DNA of 64,000 bases from Plasmodiophora brassicae (lineage: Eukaryota), in the NCBI GenBank assembly GCA_036867785.1, contig CP145427.1, positions 558,001 through 622,000 on the forward strand. Reading direction: 5' to 3'. The position numbers and the translations under genes were made by a program. The notes beneath the pieces were generated by a model. That model worked only from the letters and a program-made list of their open reading frames with translations, was not told where the DNA came from and made no database searches. This document shows positions 1-12,470 of the stretch, piece after piece. The stretch's first letter is position 1, and every line of letters starts with the position of its first letter.

Positions 1-26
1 ACCTGCACGGTAAGAGCCCGATCTTT

Positions 27-3000
27 ATGCCTTTGAAACCGCCCATCCTACGTACCCTGAGCCTTACGGCCAAGGACGGAATTAACGATTTCCTCAAGAA
101 ATATAGGAAACACGTCGAGATCGTTAACGAGCGCCGACTGATCTACAAGGAGGATATTCATCCGCCAACGGTGAAGTCATGCATTACCGAGGACGTCCTC
201 AGAGGGATGTCGAAATATCGCCTACGTCAACCCGCCAGCACGATCACGGATGGCGACATCATGAGCTACTTGAGGTCAGTCCAACGCAGGGAGGCTGATG
301 TCGAGAGTTCGACAGACATCAAGGCGCTTCTCACGAAGACAGTGGTCATGAACCTGTCAATCAAGAGTATTGAGGAACGTGTCACGTCTTTCTTCGCCAA
401 GTTCGATGAGCTAATCGACGACTATGGGCTACAAGACACATACGCCAAAGGAACGAAAGGAACCAAGCGCAAGATCAAGGTATTACGCGGAGGTATCCGT
501 CCCACTGACCTTGCGGTTCTAGTCGAACGCGCGATCGAGTTCGGAGGGTGCAGGGACGCTGAGAAGGACGAGCTCAAATTCTTCGACCTCGTCGACCGTC
601 TTGCCAAAGAGCAGGACAAACACTTCCGGCTGCAAGCTGAGAAGAAGAAGTCTCCAGCGCAGACCATGTCCCCACCTGCAGGTAAGAAAGGTAAGGACGT
701 TGTTGCTCCGAATAGGAATGGCGGCAAGCATCCGACAAATCCGATCGGACTGAAGACAGCTCAATCGTCCACATCGCAAACGAAAGACGAATCGAGGGAC
801 ATCCCCGAGCACATCCGAAAACGTTTCGAAGGTAAGGATCCTCCAAAGGCAGGTTGCCTAATCTGCAAGGAGCAGCACTGGGTCCAAGTGTGCCCGAAGG
901 CAACTCAAGGAGAACGCAAAGCTGCCATTGAAAAGTTCCAGAAAGAGCGCAAAGAGAAGGAGGAGAGTAAGGGCAACGCAGACACGGCAAAGCGCATGGG
1001 CCCGCCGTCGCCGTCAACACCGTCCCCTATGAGACTTCGCTTCCAGAACTCGCTCGACCTTCCATTCGAAGCCGATAGTGGTGCGACGAAGACCGTCATT
1101 TCGCAGTCGCAACTGCTACGGATTCAAGCCATCCAGCATGTCCCAGTCAAAGTTTTCGACCATCCAACGGAGGCGAAACTTGCGACGATCGGGGCTACGA
1201 CAACAATTGTCGCCACAGCGATCGTGGACATCACCATTGTCCCACCTTCCCATGGCAAACCTGCACATCTACGCGGGCGGGAAATCAACGTATGTCGCGA
1301 AGACCTATCTGATGATATTGTCCTTTTAGGAGCCCCGGAACTGGACGCGTTGGGTATCAATCCAGCTACACAACTGAAGGAGATGTTAATCGAGGCAAAT
1401 GGTCCTATCATCATCGAAGCGGATCCGACCCCGGAACGTCACGCCCCAGGTGGTCAAGGGATCACGATGAGAGCGGTAAGACACCCGGAGGTAAGTGGAA
1501 CAACTCGCGATCATGAGCCCCAATTGGACACCAATGATCCGGGTGACGACTATGATGTCGAAATCGGAGAACACTCCGATACAGACGTGGACAGGGCAAT
1601 AGACCGGATGATACAACGTGCAACTGACTCCGGTTTCCCTAACGATCAAGTCCCGCGTCTACGCACAACTGTCAATCGACACAAAGACATATGGCGAACG
1701 AAGCTTGGCCGTGATCCACCTGCGAAAGTAAGTCCACTGAAACTACACTTCAAAGCAGATGCTCGTCCTGTTCGTTGCCGAACACGAAGGTATACCCTCG
1801 AACATCAAAAATTCATGGATGATCACGTAGGAACCTTGGCGGAAAACGATTTTGTGTACCGCAATCCGCACAGCAGGTACGCGTCGCCGTGTCTGGTCGT
1901 CGACAAGAAGGACACGGAGGTTCGCGGCCATCGGCTGACCGTCGACATCAATGAAGCCGTCAACAAACAGACCGAACGCATTGCATGGCCGATGCCTCAC
2001 ATCGACATCATCCTGACCTACCTACGTTCCGCGACCATCTTCATGCTGTTCGATGCCTTTAAAGGCTATTGGCAATTTCCGTTGCACCCTGATTCGCAGG
2101 AGGCCTGCTCGTTCATGACGCACATCGCCACGTTTACACCCAGGCGCATCATCCAGGGAATTGCTGATTGCGTGTTTGCGTTCCAGGCGGGAATGCAACA
2201 GGTGTTGGGGAAACTTCTATATATCTGCGCCCTACTCTGGATCGACGATATCCTCGGCTACGTATCTGGATTCGGAGCCTACATGGACACACTCGAATCT
2301 CTTCTCAACGCTTTCGACGAGTTTGGAGTTAAACTCAACCCTGATCGCTGCCAGTTATATCTCACTTCAGTGACATGGTGCGGTCGCGTTATATCCGCTG
2401 ATGGAGTGTCGTTCGATCGCTCGTATCTCAACGCCTTGCACGATCTATCAACTCCTATCACGGCTGCTGATCTCCAACAGTTCCTCTCGGGCCTCAATTG
2501 GGTCCGTTCTGTTATCCCTCAATTCGCGGCACATGTTCATCCGCTACAGGATCTACTTCTGTCCGCTTCTCGTTCTGTCAGCAGTCTGAAGAAATCACAC
2601 CTACGTCGAGTTCGTTTAGCCGACATCGGCTGGACCACTGACCATCTCACCAGTTTCAATTCTCTGAAGCATCGACTATCGGAGGCCATGACGCTGGCGC
2701 ACACCAAGGACGAATGGATCATGTGTCTCTTTCCGGATGCGAGTGACCGTTTCTGGTCTGTTTTCCTGTCGCAGATCCCTCCGGAAGATATTGATCTCCC
2801 GTACGGTGAGCAACACCACGAACCTTTGTCGTTCATCTCGGGGACATTCCGTGGTTCTCAATTGAAGTGGGCGACCATTGAGAAGGAGGCCTACGCCATC
2901 ATTGAAGGCTGCTATCGCCTCAGACACTTCATCTCTATGTCAAAGTTGGCACTTCGAATCTTCACAGACCACCGTAATTTGGTTTTCATTCTGAACCCTG

Positions 3001-4757
3001 CCTCGGTTGCACGAATTAGTCGGACGACCGGCGATCGCTTGGAGCGCTGGCGACTTCAGATTATCGACCTAGATTTTCACATTGAGCACATTGCTGGGGA
3101 GGACAACGTTTGGGCCGACCTCGCCACGCGTTGGGGCGTCGCCCTGCAACCACTGTCCTCATTTTCCCCTCCCTCGTTCCGTTCTATTCGTCATATGGCA
3201 ATTAATCTTGACTTCGACGATTACAAGATGACCGATGAGTTTATCTGGCCGTCTGTCGACGAGATTAGTAACGCTCAGACCGACTACATTCGCCAACACG
3301 ACCTATCTGCCGTTTCTGATATTCTCCAACTCGAAGGGGACATGTCTCTCCACCTTAGCCCGGAATCTGGCTGGCGTACTCCAGACAATCAACTCTGGGT
3401 ACCATCACATGCACTGCAGCTACGCATCGCAGTGATTTCACATATGGGACTGTCTGGTCATCAACTTGCTGCATCGACTATTTCGAGCATCGCGCAACTC
3501 TTCTGGTGGCCTGATCTCGATTCCTTTGTTCGTGCATTTGTGGACAAATGCTTACACTGCCTACGCAACAAAGATTCGATGATCCCCCGACCTTATGGCA
3601 CGGCTATGCATGCGGACAAGCCCAATAAGGTCATCCACTATGACTTTCTGTTCTTATCCAAACCTCGTCCAGGCGATTCTCATCAACTTCGTTATGTTCT
3701 GGTTCTGAAGGACGACGCTACGGCATTCGTCGAGTTAATTCCTTGTCAATTCGCGGATCACAGCGTTGTCGCCGAATCTCTTCTGGATTGGTTCAAACGT
3801 TTCGGCATTGTTTTCCAACATGTCTCTGACCGCGGCACACACTTCAAAAACGCGGTTATCGCCGAGCTTAATAGCCGGTTACACTGCAACCATCATTTCA
3901 CAACTGCCTACACACCTTGGGCGAACGGCACGGTTGAGGTTGTCAACAAGCGGCTTCTCTTTCTGCTGAAGTCCCTCCTCTCCGAGCTAAATCTTCCATT
4001 CCAGGATTGGCCGTATGTCCTTCCGCTGATCAACATGACGGTAAATCACACTGTTCGATCAAGTGTGGGCTACGCGCCTGTCACGATGTTTACGGGTTTG
4101 CCACCCTCGACACCTATCTCGATTATCTTCAGCAAACGCATCGACGCGGTTATCGACGTACCGTTGACCCCTGACCGTCTCAAAGAAATGACGACGGAAC
4201 TTATCGATTCTCTCGAGGACATGCACAAAGCAGTGGCACGTACACGCACCCATCTACGTGATCTCAAGCAACGCGCCCGGCGTCGCCGACGCAATGTTCG
4301 CGAGATCAACTTCACGACGGGCGACTATGTTCTCGTGGCCAACCATGGCAAGCACTCCAAGTCCGAGTACAACTGGACTGGACCTGCCCAGATTATCGAC
4401 ACCATCAACGACTGGGTGTATCGAGTTCGAGATCTCTTGACTGATCGTATCTCAGATGTACACGCCCAGCGCTTAATGTTCTATGCAGATGCGCACTTGA
4501 ATGTCACCTCTTCCCTGAAGCACAACATCGCGCTCACCGGCGTGGCTTACCAAGTCAACGCAGTCGAGGACATTCGAGTCAATTCTACGTCAGGTGACAC
4601 TGAACTACTGATCAACTGGATCGGATTCGATGCCACCGACAATTCATGGGAACCTTACTCGGTCATGGCGGCCGATGTTCCTGATATCGTCAGGGCCTTC
4701 CTCGAACGACAAGCCGAAGGAGACCCCCTCTGCTCACGACTGTTAGCAGATTTCTAA
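27..4757 (+). mobile_element. Ty3/Gypsy LTR retrotransposon with chromodomain; uninterrupted gag-pol ORF (1576 aa)
   Basis: Domain order Gag Zn knuckle (CLICKEQHWVQVC), protease (ADSGA), RT (LFDAFKGYWQ...WIDD), RNase H (FPDASD, EKEAYAI, TDHRNL), integrase (H..H..CLHC, HYDF, SDRG, TVE), chromodomain (LLINWIGFDATDNSWEP). Confidence 0.96.
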
Positions 4758-4904
4758 CACGGGGAGTGTTCATCCAGAGTACCAGTACTCAGATGATGCT
4801 GCTCAGATGCTGCTGCCACCCGGTCACATGATCATGACCGTACTCGACCCCGCAGCGGCCCTTGCTGTGACGATCCTGTCCAAATACATCAGTTCGTTAT
4901 ATCA
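4758..4904 (+). repeat. Polypurine tract (GGGGAG) and putative short 3' LTR starting TG at 4767
   Basis: PPT lies immediately after the pol stop and is followed by TGTT. The right end (TCA at 4904) is a guess because the 5' LTR is outside the window. Confidence 0.5.
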
Positions 4905-5329
4905 CCAGGCGCCGACTCTTGCGACCGACCGCCCCCGTAGTGGGCAGCGGCGGCGTTAGCACACCGTTGCTCGAAGCGTTCATTCATTACGTACAATGGT
5001 CCGGATCCCTCGAATGCAGACGGCATTCTGAATGATGCGCTTGATGTGTACTTCAAAGGCGGTGATGTCACTTTTCCCAAACGTCGCTGAAGGTCACGCA
5101 TCCCCGTTCGCAGTCATTGGCAAGATCCATAAGGGCGTAGGTTCCGACTTGGGAGTCTAATAAATGACCCGTCGCTGTTTTGACTGGATCGTGCGGTGGG
5201 CCTACAATACACAAGTTATGTTACGACCTATCCGAAGGTCGGTTTGGGACCGACCGGAATTGTTGGCGACTGCCTTCGGCTGTCACCGACCCGTAAAGTA
5301 CTTTTCTAACCCGGCGGATACCACCAATA

Positions 5330-5520
5330 TGTGGAAGGCCAGGCGGAACAGCTTATTAGGTACTACTCGAAAGTACTGCATTCGGACGTTCACCTCTGAC
5401 CAACAGGACGACTGGCCGGACCTGTTTGCCGGTCGCTGAGTTCTCTTACAACGACACTGAACATTGAGCAACCAAGATATGACACCAACTACGTACGGGT
5501 ATCATCCCAAGGTTCTCACA
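5330..5520 (+). pseudogene. Degenerate retrotransposon integrase fragment
   Basis: Frameshifted translation IRTFTSDQQDDWPDL/PVAEFSYNDTEH*...YGYHP resembles the post-catalytic-E segment of Gypsy integrases. Confidence 0.7.
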
Positions 5521-5748
5521 AGTATCGGCATCAGGAGTACTCAGTCAACAGCCAGCTGCAGACGACCGAGCGGAACAGTTACAACGAATTCGTGAGCTTT
5601 TGAAGCGCAATCTCGCCACGTCGATCGAGTATGTAGGTACATGATATGAAGTGTCAAGCGTCCAGCGGTAGCCGTCACAAGTGAAGGCTATATATAGCAG
5701 GTCCGGGTGCGGAGTTGCGGGACGGCGCGCTGCGCTGCGGAGTCGAAC

Positions 5749-8568
5749 ATGCCGTCCCTGGTTGCAGCCTGGTTGTCCATCGCGGATCCGTCCTGTCGAT
5801 CACAGCGCCAGTGCTGGTCGTCCTGGGCGGCATTACGCCATGCGCTGTCCGTCAGCAGCGTCGTCTGCCTGCCCCGGCAGATCTCTTTCATGTCGGCGCT
5901 GACCGACACGCATCCGTCCGCACCACCGGCGGCGCTCGACGACATGTCCGCCTGCATTGACCACCTTCACAGCCGGTTCGGCGATCTGTTTCATCCGGGG
6001 CACACGTCAATTGTCTCGCTTCTATTGTCCCTTGTCGACCTGGCGCCTAATCGTCCTGCCCTGTGCCGTTCTGTTCTGGCCATGTACGATTCCGCCCTGC
6101 GCCCTATGACGGGTCGCAAGGCACATCAGGCGATCGTACGTCATTCTCTGGACGACGTCCTCCTGCCGCTTCGCCATACTGTTCCAGCACTGGCTGACTC
6201 GGTCGATGGGATTCTGCAACGGCATCTGTACCGCCCATCGTGCCCGTCCATGGCCATGCCGTCCAAGATCACGCCTCATGCGCTTGCTTCGATGAGCGCC
6301 CTGCTGTGCGCCTACCTGTCTTGCTCTGAGCGCAGGTCGGATGCGTGCCAGGCGGCGCTATCTGCTGCCGACCTCTGCATCCATCACTGCCAAATCGATG
6401 CACGTACGGCCGTTGCTCAGGTGGCATCCATCTACGCCATCATACATCAGCGACGGCTGTACAATGCCAACGCCGACACCGACCGGACGCTGTGCACCAT
6501 GTTCCAGTCGCACATTGCCGCTCTGGTCGACCTGGACGCATCGCTGGACATCACATCGGCCCTGTCGGCCGTCATTGTCGTCGACGATGCCCGCATGGAC
6601 GTACCGTTATTGGCGCGTGTCGTTCGACGATGCGGCCCCGGCCTGGTCTCGTCCGTGTACACGGCCCATCGGCAGATGTCCGACCTGATCAGCGTCGTCC
6701 TCGACCTGGGCACCACCGCCGACGTTCCTCGGTGCTGTTCCGCCCAGCATATCCCTCCCATGCAGATCGCACCGATCATCACCGAGACCGTCCTTCCGCG
6801 ATTGGCATCGCCGGCGGCCCACCTCGTCCTGGCGTCGTTGCTGCGGTTCGCCCCTGTTGCCACTCTGCCGTCGCTGTACGACCGCCTTGTCAGCGCTGCG
6901 CCCTCCCTACCCATCTACGTTGCTGCACGCGTCACCCGGCACCGGTACCGTCGCGCGCATGTGCTTCCCGATGATCTGATCGGGGGCCCGGATCCCATCC
7001 CTTTCGGCAGCGACCTGCCCGGCTGGTCCCCTAGCTGCCATACGCTTCTGTCGGCTTTACACTGCCTCCTAATGTCGCACTGCTTGTCTCGGTTCGATGA
7101 TTGTCACCGCTTGTCGCCGACCTGCCTCCAGTTGCTGCTGGATGACGGCGACCCGATGCTGTTCACTGCGGATGGCCCTGTCTGGACCATCTGTCTGGAC
7201 GTTCGCTTCTGGCCTCATGTGCTTGCCATGGTCCTGCGGTACGCGGACGACCGCGATCAGGTGTACGCCCTCGCCTGCCGTCTCCTGCCCCTGCTGCCGA
7301 CATCGTCCGTCCTTCTCGACCTGGATCATCTTCGTCGGGTCCTGCCCGATGCGATCATCTCGACAATGCCATCGTCACTATCGTCGTATATCTGCTCGCT
7401 GCCTGCGTCGTACCTGGACACGCCCGCAATGGGTCGTCTCGCCGACTACTGCCTGCAGACCCTGCCCCATGCCGACCCTGTCTGGCGTCATACGGCACCG
7501 TTGACGAGTTGGCCGTTGCGCCGTCTACCTGCCGCTGATCGTCTGCCGTTTGCCCTGGCCAACGACGACCTGATCGAATACCTGCTCGACGACGACCTGT
7601 ACGCTCTTCTGTCAGATGATCGTCGGCGGTCGGAGCAAGTCCTGCGCGCGTTGGTACAACGGCGTTCCCCAGCGCTGGACAAGATGGAGATCGTGCCCGG
7701 CCAGGTCACCGCCTGCTCCTACCTGATGCGGTCGCCACGAATGGCGCTATCTACGGTGCAATCGTGCATCGCGAACAACGGGTTGGACAGTGACGTGTTT
7801 CTCCTATCCCTGGTGCAGTCCCCGTTCCTGTCCGACCTGTTCGACGCGGTCCTGCCCGCGTTGCTGTCTCGCGACATGCCTCAGGTGCATGCCGCCCTAG
7901 TGTCCTCGATCGCTGCCGACCAGTTCGACTCGTGCCTGCAGTATGCGCTGGGCAAGAACGTGCAACGTCCCGTGGCGTTGTCGTTCCTGCGCGCCATTGC
8001 CGAACGGTTGCGTTACCGTTCCGACCTGTGCCCCGTTCTGCATCGCCATCTGCATGCCCTGCTGCTGTCGTTCCACGACCTGCCGCAGTGCATCCCAGTG
8101 CTAACGACGCTAGTCAGCCAGCGTCATTGCATACGCCTGTCGACGCTGGACCTGTCCCTCATCCTGCAACTGTTGCAATCGTACCCGGTGGCGCCGTCCG
8201 CCCGTGACGACGCGCGCCTGCTGCAGGCCATGGCCAGGCATCGTCCGGTCCCACTGGCGCCCATTATCGCCCAGTACACGTCCTGCGTCCTGCAGCGTGG
8301 CATTCGCGATGATCGCTTGCTGACGGACCTGTCGCGTTTGCCGACGGTGTCGCCGGTCCAGATCGGTCTGCTACTGCAGGCCGCCATCCGGGCGTTCGAC
8401 GACGGGAAGACGTGCCCGGATGGTGCCATCGCGTTGGTCAACATCTGCAATCGGGCGCAGATCCAGTCGGTGCACGCCTCCCTGGTCGGCGACCCGGTCG
8501 CCCAGCGACGATTGCACCGCCTGCACCGCCTGTACCTGCGACGCTACAAGTATTATGGCAGAGCCTAG
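5749..8568 (+). CDS. URB2: URB2/Npa2-like nucleolar ribosome biogenesis protein
   Basis: Long Leu-rich helical ORF ending ...ALVNICNRAQIQSVHASL...LHRLYLRRYKYYGRA, resembling the Urb2 C-terminal domain; TATA-like CTATATATAG at ~5688. Confidence 0.6.
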   Translation: MPSLVAAWLSIADPSCRSQRQCWSSWAALRHALSVSSVVCLPRQISFMSALTDTHPSAPPAALDDMSACIDHLHSRFGDLFHPGHTSIVSLLLSLVDLAPNRPALCRSVLAMYDSALRPMTGRKAHQAIVRHSLDDVLLPLRHTVPALADSVDGILQRHLYRPSCPSMAMPSKITPHALASMSALLCAYLSCSERRSDACQAALSAADLCIHHCQIDARTAVAQVASIYAIIHQRRLYNANADTDRTLCTMFQSHIAALVDLDASLDITSALSAVIVVDDARMDVPLLARVVRRCGPGLVSSVYTAHRQMSDLISVVLDLGTTADVPRCCSAQHIPPMQIAPIITETVLPRLASPAAHLVLASLLRFAPVATLPSLYDRLVSAAPSLPIYVAARVTRHRYRRAHVLPDDLIGGPDPIPFGSDLPGWSPSCHTLLSALHCLLMSHCLSRFDDCHRLSPTCLQLLLDDGDPMLFTADGPVWTICLDVRFWPHVLAMVLRYADDRDQVYALACRLLPLLPTSSVLLDLDHLRRVLPDAIISTMPSSLSSYICSLPASYLDTPAMGRLADYCLQTLPHADPVWRHTAPLTSWPLRRLPAADRLPFALANDDLIEYLLDDDLYALLSDDRRRSEQVLRALVQRRSPALDKMEIVPGQVTACSYLMRSPRMALSTVQSCIANNGLDSDVFLLSLVQSPFLSDLFDAVLPALLSRDMPQVHAALVSSIAADQFDSCLQYALGKNVQRPVALSFLRAIAERLRYRSDLCPVLHRHLHALLLSFHDLPQCIPVLTTLVSQRHCIRLSTLDLSLILQLLQSYPVAPSARDDARLLQAMARHRPVPLAPIIAQYTSCVLQRGIRDDRLLTDLSRLPTVSPVQIGLLLQAAIRAFDDGKTCPDGAIALVNICNRAQIQSVHASLVGDPVAQRRLHRLHRLYLRRYKYYGRA

Positions 8569-8703
8569 AATACACGTCGTGTTCGTACACCACGTCGCAC
8601 TCGCCGCCCCGGTGCTCGACGTTGGCCTGTCGTGGCCCCCCGTCAACCGGTTACCGATCGAGCCTGCGCTTTCATATCATGTATGCTGACGGGCAGGCCG
8701 CCA

Positions 8704-11511
8704 CTAGATGACGATCTCCTTGACCCTGGGCTTCTGGATGTGCCGCATGCTGGCGCCGGGGACCGACGGCTTGAAGGGCGCGTTGCCGCCGTACGGCTTC
8801 GGGATGCCCAGGTCGTCGGGGACGTACGCGTTCGGCCTGGCTTCCGCCATGGTCTTCAGGTTGCCCTCCTGCCTCTGCCACTGGAACTCGTCCGTCTGCC
8901 TGCGCTCCGGGTGCAGGTAATCGTCCCGGCGCCTGAGCCTCTCCCGCTCGATGCGGTACCATTCGTGTTCGGCGGCCTCGCTCGGCGCCAGGCCCTCCGC
9001 CACGCGGTCCTGCGCCACGCCCAGCTCCTTCTGCTTGTCGTGGACCTCCTTCTCCAGTCGCATCGCCGACGCCTGGTACATGGCCAGCTCGGCGACCGTC
9101 GCCTTCATGGCCTGCGTCAGCTCCCGGATTGTGCCCTGGCGCTTGTTCAGGTCGGCGGCCAGCCCCATGGTCCGGTCGTGCCCTTCGGCGGCCTCGGCCC
9201 GCAGCTTGTCGCTGAGCGTGCCGACCTCCTCCAGCACCAGGTCCTTCTCCAGCAGCTGCTCCTTCTTGTCGTTCAGCCTGTCCTGCAGCACCTCGATCTT
9301 CGAGTTCAACTGCGGCACGTCCAGGTCGTCGCCGGGCAGCAGGCGATGCCGCTGGCACAGCGCCGGCGTCTCCAGCTTGTCGCTCAGGTCGGCGATGCGC
9401 TCCCGCTGCTCGTTGACGGCGCCGGTCAGGTCCGCCAGGCGCGCCTCCAGCTTGGCCACTTCGGCGGCGGACGGCGCCTGCTTCCTGGCCGCGCTGATCT
9501 GCCTCTGCAACTCGTCCGTCTCGATGCGCGTCCGGCGCAGCGTGTCGTCCAGCTCGGCCAGCTTGCGCTGCCCGCTCTGCAGCATGGACGCGAAGATCGT
9601 CGCCTTCTCGTGCAGGATGCACAGCTCGTCGTTGCGGTCCACCAGGTGGATACCGGTGCGGTTGCGGCTCTCGACGGCGCGCGCGTACGCCTGCCGAACG
9701 CGCGTCATCTCGCGCTCCGCGCCGCCGATCGTCGCGTTCAGCTTCTTGATCTCGGTCAGCTGCCGGTCGGCTTCCAGCCGCTCCAGCCGGTACTTCAACC
9801 GCAGCTTGGCGTGGTCGATGCGCATGGCGTCCCGCGTCGTCTGCGCGGTCTGCAGGACGCGGGCCTCGTCCTCGAGGCTCTTCTCCTTGGCGATCGACTC
9901 GGCGCGCAGGATCTCCATCTCGTTCTGCAGGATCTTGATCTTCTCGCGCATCTCGGCCAGGCCCTGCGCGCACGCCTGCGTCATGTTGCCGAACTTGTTC
10001 CGCTGGTTCTTCACCAGGTCGTAGACGACGGAGCACTCGTGCAGGCGCGCCTTCACGTCCTGGACCTTCTTGCCCAGGTCGAGCAGGATCAGGTCCTTGA
10101 CCTTGATCTCCTCGCGGACCGCCCTGTACTCGGCGCCCGCCTTGGTCGTGTCCCGCGACATGACGTCCCGCTTCGAGGTCATGTCGCGAATCAGGCCGCG
10201 TAGCTCGCGCTCCTTGCGCATCGAGTGGCGCAGGCCCTCCTCCAGGTTCGCGTTGATGTCCCTGTACTCCTTGAGCTTGGCCTCGGCCATCAGGTCCGTC
10301 TTCTCCTCGCGCAGGAACTGCGATATCAGGATGTCGATATCGGCCTGCAACTCGTCGACCGTCTCCCGGTTCTTCCGCGTCTCCTCGTCGACGGCGGCCA
10401 GCTGGTGGCCCTGCGCGACGTGCTGCTCGCGCAGCGGCTCGATGCCGCTGGCGATCGCGTCCGCCTTGCGCCGCGTCTTCTCGTACCGCCGCTTCAGCTC
10501 GTCGATCGCCTTCGTCAGCGACTGGATGTGCGACGTCTCCGCGCGTATGCTCGATCGCATGCGGTTGGCCTCGGCCTCGAGCTCCAGGCGGCACTGCAGG
10601 CGGTCGTTGTACCGCTGGCGTTCGGCCTCGAGGTGCTTGCTGACCTCGCCGACGGTCCGCTCCGATTTCCACACCTCCTTGCGGATCTTCTCCAGGTTGA
10701 ACATCCACTCGATCTGCGCCGCCCCAATCTTCTTCTTCTCCATGCCGATCGCGTCGAACTCGCCGTTCAGCTTGTCGATCTCGCCGCTCAGGTACGCGCT
10801 CTGCTTCGCCAGGCCGCTGTTCGCCTTGGCGGACATGTCGATCTGCGCCCGGATCCGGTCCGGGTTCACCTTGGCCCTGTTCAGCTCGATCTGCGCCACG
10901 TGCTTCTGCTTCTCCAGCGCCTCGCTCTCGTCCTTGAGCGCCGCCAGCCTCGCCGTGTACTCCTCCCGGAGCGCCACCTCCTTGGCGTTGGCCTCGTCCT
11001 GGCTGGCGAGGTCGTCGCGCGCCTCCTTGATCTGCGCCTGGAGCTTCTCCAGGTGCGGCAGCGTCAGCTGTTCGCTCTCCTTGCGGCGCATCTCGAGCTC
11101 GTCGTCCAGGTCGGCCCGCTGCCGCTGCATCTCCTCGATCTCGAACAGGGCGAGCCCCGCCTGCTCCTCGAGGACGCCCACCTCCTGGCTACGCTGCTCC
11201 AGCTGCGTCCGCAGGTCCTGCAACCGCTCCGTGTAGTCCTGGCGCTCGTTCGCCTTCTTCTCCAGCTTCTTCTTCCGGTCGATCCAGTCCAGGTTCATCT
11301 GCTTGGCCTTGGCCAGCAGCACCTTCTCGTTCTCGTACGTCTCCAGGACGACCTCGTGCAGCTGGGCGTACCTGGACTTGTACATGTGCACCTGGGCGGA
11401 CGACAGCACGCCCCGAGATTCCAGGTCGTCCAGGATGTTGTACGCCAGCGAGTTGGAGATGTCGGCCAGGGCCGAGGACGGCCCGCCGCCGCCGCCGCCA
11501 CCCGCCTCCAT
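8704..11511 (-). CDS. CCDC146: Coiled-coil flagellar protein CCDC146/MBO2
   Basis: Long coiled coil with the conserved C-terminus AEARPNAYVPDDLGIPKPYGGNAPFKPS...MRHIQKP; strong GC3 codon bias. Confidence 0.9.
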   Translation of the reverse strand: MEAGGGGGGGPSSALADISNSLAYNILDDLESRGVLSSAQVHMYKSRYAQLHEVVLETYENEKVLLAKAKQMNLDWIDRKKKLEKKANERQDYTERLQDLRTQLEQRSQEVGVLEEQAGLALFEIEEMQRQRADLDDELEMRRKESEQLTLPHLEKLQAQIKEARDDLASQDEANAKEVALREEYTARLAALKDESEALEKQKHVAQIELNRAKVNPDRIRAQIDMSAKANSGLAKQSAYLSGEIDKLNGEFDAIGMEKKKIGAAQIEWMFNLEKIRKEVWKSERTVGEVSKHLEAERQRYNDRLQCRLELEAEANRMRSSIRAETSHIQSLTKAIDELKRRYEKTRRKADAIASGIEPLREQHVAQGHQLAAVDEETRKNRETVDELQADIDILISQFLREEKTDLMAEAKLKEYRDINANLEEGLRHSMRKERELRGLIRDMTSKRDVMSRDTTKAGAEYRAVREEIKVKDLILLDLGKKVQDVKARLHECSVVYDLVKNQRNKFGNMTQACAQGLAEMREKIKILQNEMEILRAESIAKEKSLEDEARVLQTAQTTRDAMRIDHAKLRLKYRLERLEADRQLTEIKKLNATIGGAEREMTRVRQAYARAVESRNRTGIHLVDRNDELCILHEKATIFASMLQSGQRKLAELDDTLRRTRIETDELQRQISAARKQAPSAAEVAKLEARLADLTGAVNEQRERIADLSDKLETPALCQRHRLLPGDDLDVPQLNSKIEVLQDRLNDKKEQLLEKDLVLEEVGTLSDKLRAEAAEGHDRTMGLAADLNKRQGTIRELTQAMKATVAELAMYQASAMRLEKEVHDKQKELGVAQDRVAEGLAPSEAAEHEWYRIERERLRRRDDYLHPERRQTDEFQWQRQEGNLKTMAEARPNAYVPDDLGIPKPYGGNAPFKPSVPGASMRHIQKPRVKEIVI

Positions 11512-12470
11512 GGCGCCGGCTTCGATGCCGACAGGCGCGCTGATGGCCCAGCGGTAGATAGGCAAGTCGCGATCGAGATCGGCTCAGCACCGTACTACCC
11601 GATCGACACATGCGGGATGGGGGCGGCGTTACTTTGCCTGGGCAACGCGTCATGCAGGGCACGCCGCCCGTCCGAGTCGTATCGGCAGCGCCGTCACCGC
11701 CGGCCCAGTGTGCGCGTCGAGCAGGCAGGCGCCTACTACGTGATTAGGGGATAAGCGGGGTCACGGTGACGCCGCTGTTCAGGTCGCCAGCGTTGCCGAC
11801 CTACACAGTAGGGGAACACGGCCACCCTGGACGTGTGCTACGTGGGCCGAAGACCGCAGATCAGGTGGGCCTCAGTAACGTTGCCTGACGTGCGGCACTC
11901 CATCCATCAGAGCACCCTGCGCGCGTCAGCAGAATGAAGCGTACCTCATTATCGTCGTGGTATGACGGTAGGAGGGTCACACTAAATGCGCCGACGACGG
12001 GCCTGCACACACGAACGAACTCGGCGTTGAACTCGTCGTACGACATTCCTTCCGGAAAAGATGCACGCGAAGCGCCTCGGTCGATCGCGTCCAGGCGTTG
12101 CTTCGCTGCGAAGACCATCCCCGAACTGGATGCATGTCTCTCCGACTTCTCGCAGACCTGCACGACTAATAGCTGATCAACGCGGACCAGGTCATCTCAA
12201 GGAGGAAGTCGTCAAGCCTGATGTCGACGATCTCGCTGGCCCTCAAGAACAGGTGGGCGCCGAGCAGGGTCGACACCCATGTGGAACAGTCCCGTAAGGA
12301 TCCGGTCGAAACGAGTTGATACCGGATGTCGAGCACCTGATCAGTAGAGCGAATTTACCCTCCGACTTCTACCCTTGGGTCTCCCGTTTCCCCTACTGCT
12401 TCGTGTCAATCATGAATTGGCTCAGCATCAACATCCGGTTTCCGCGCCGCCATAGGCGAGGCTTGTCGGC

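Noticed and set aside
8632-11754. Long overlapping and antisense ORFs over CCDC146
   Set aside because: Shadow ORFs caused by high GC3 and stop-codon scarcity
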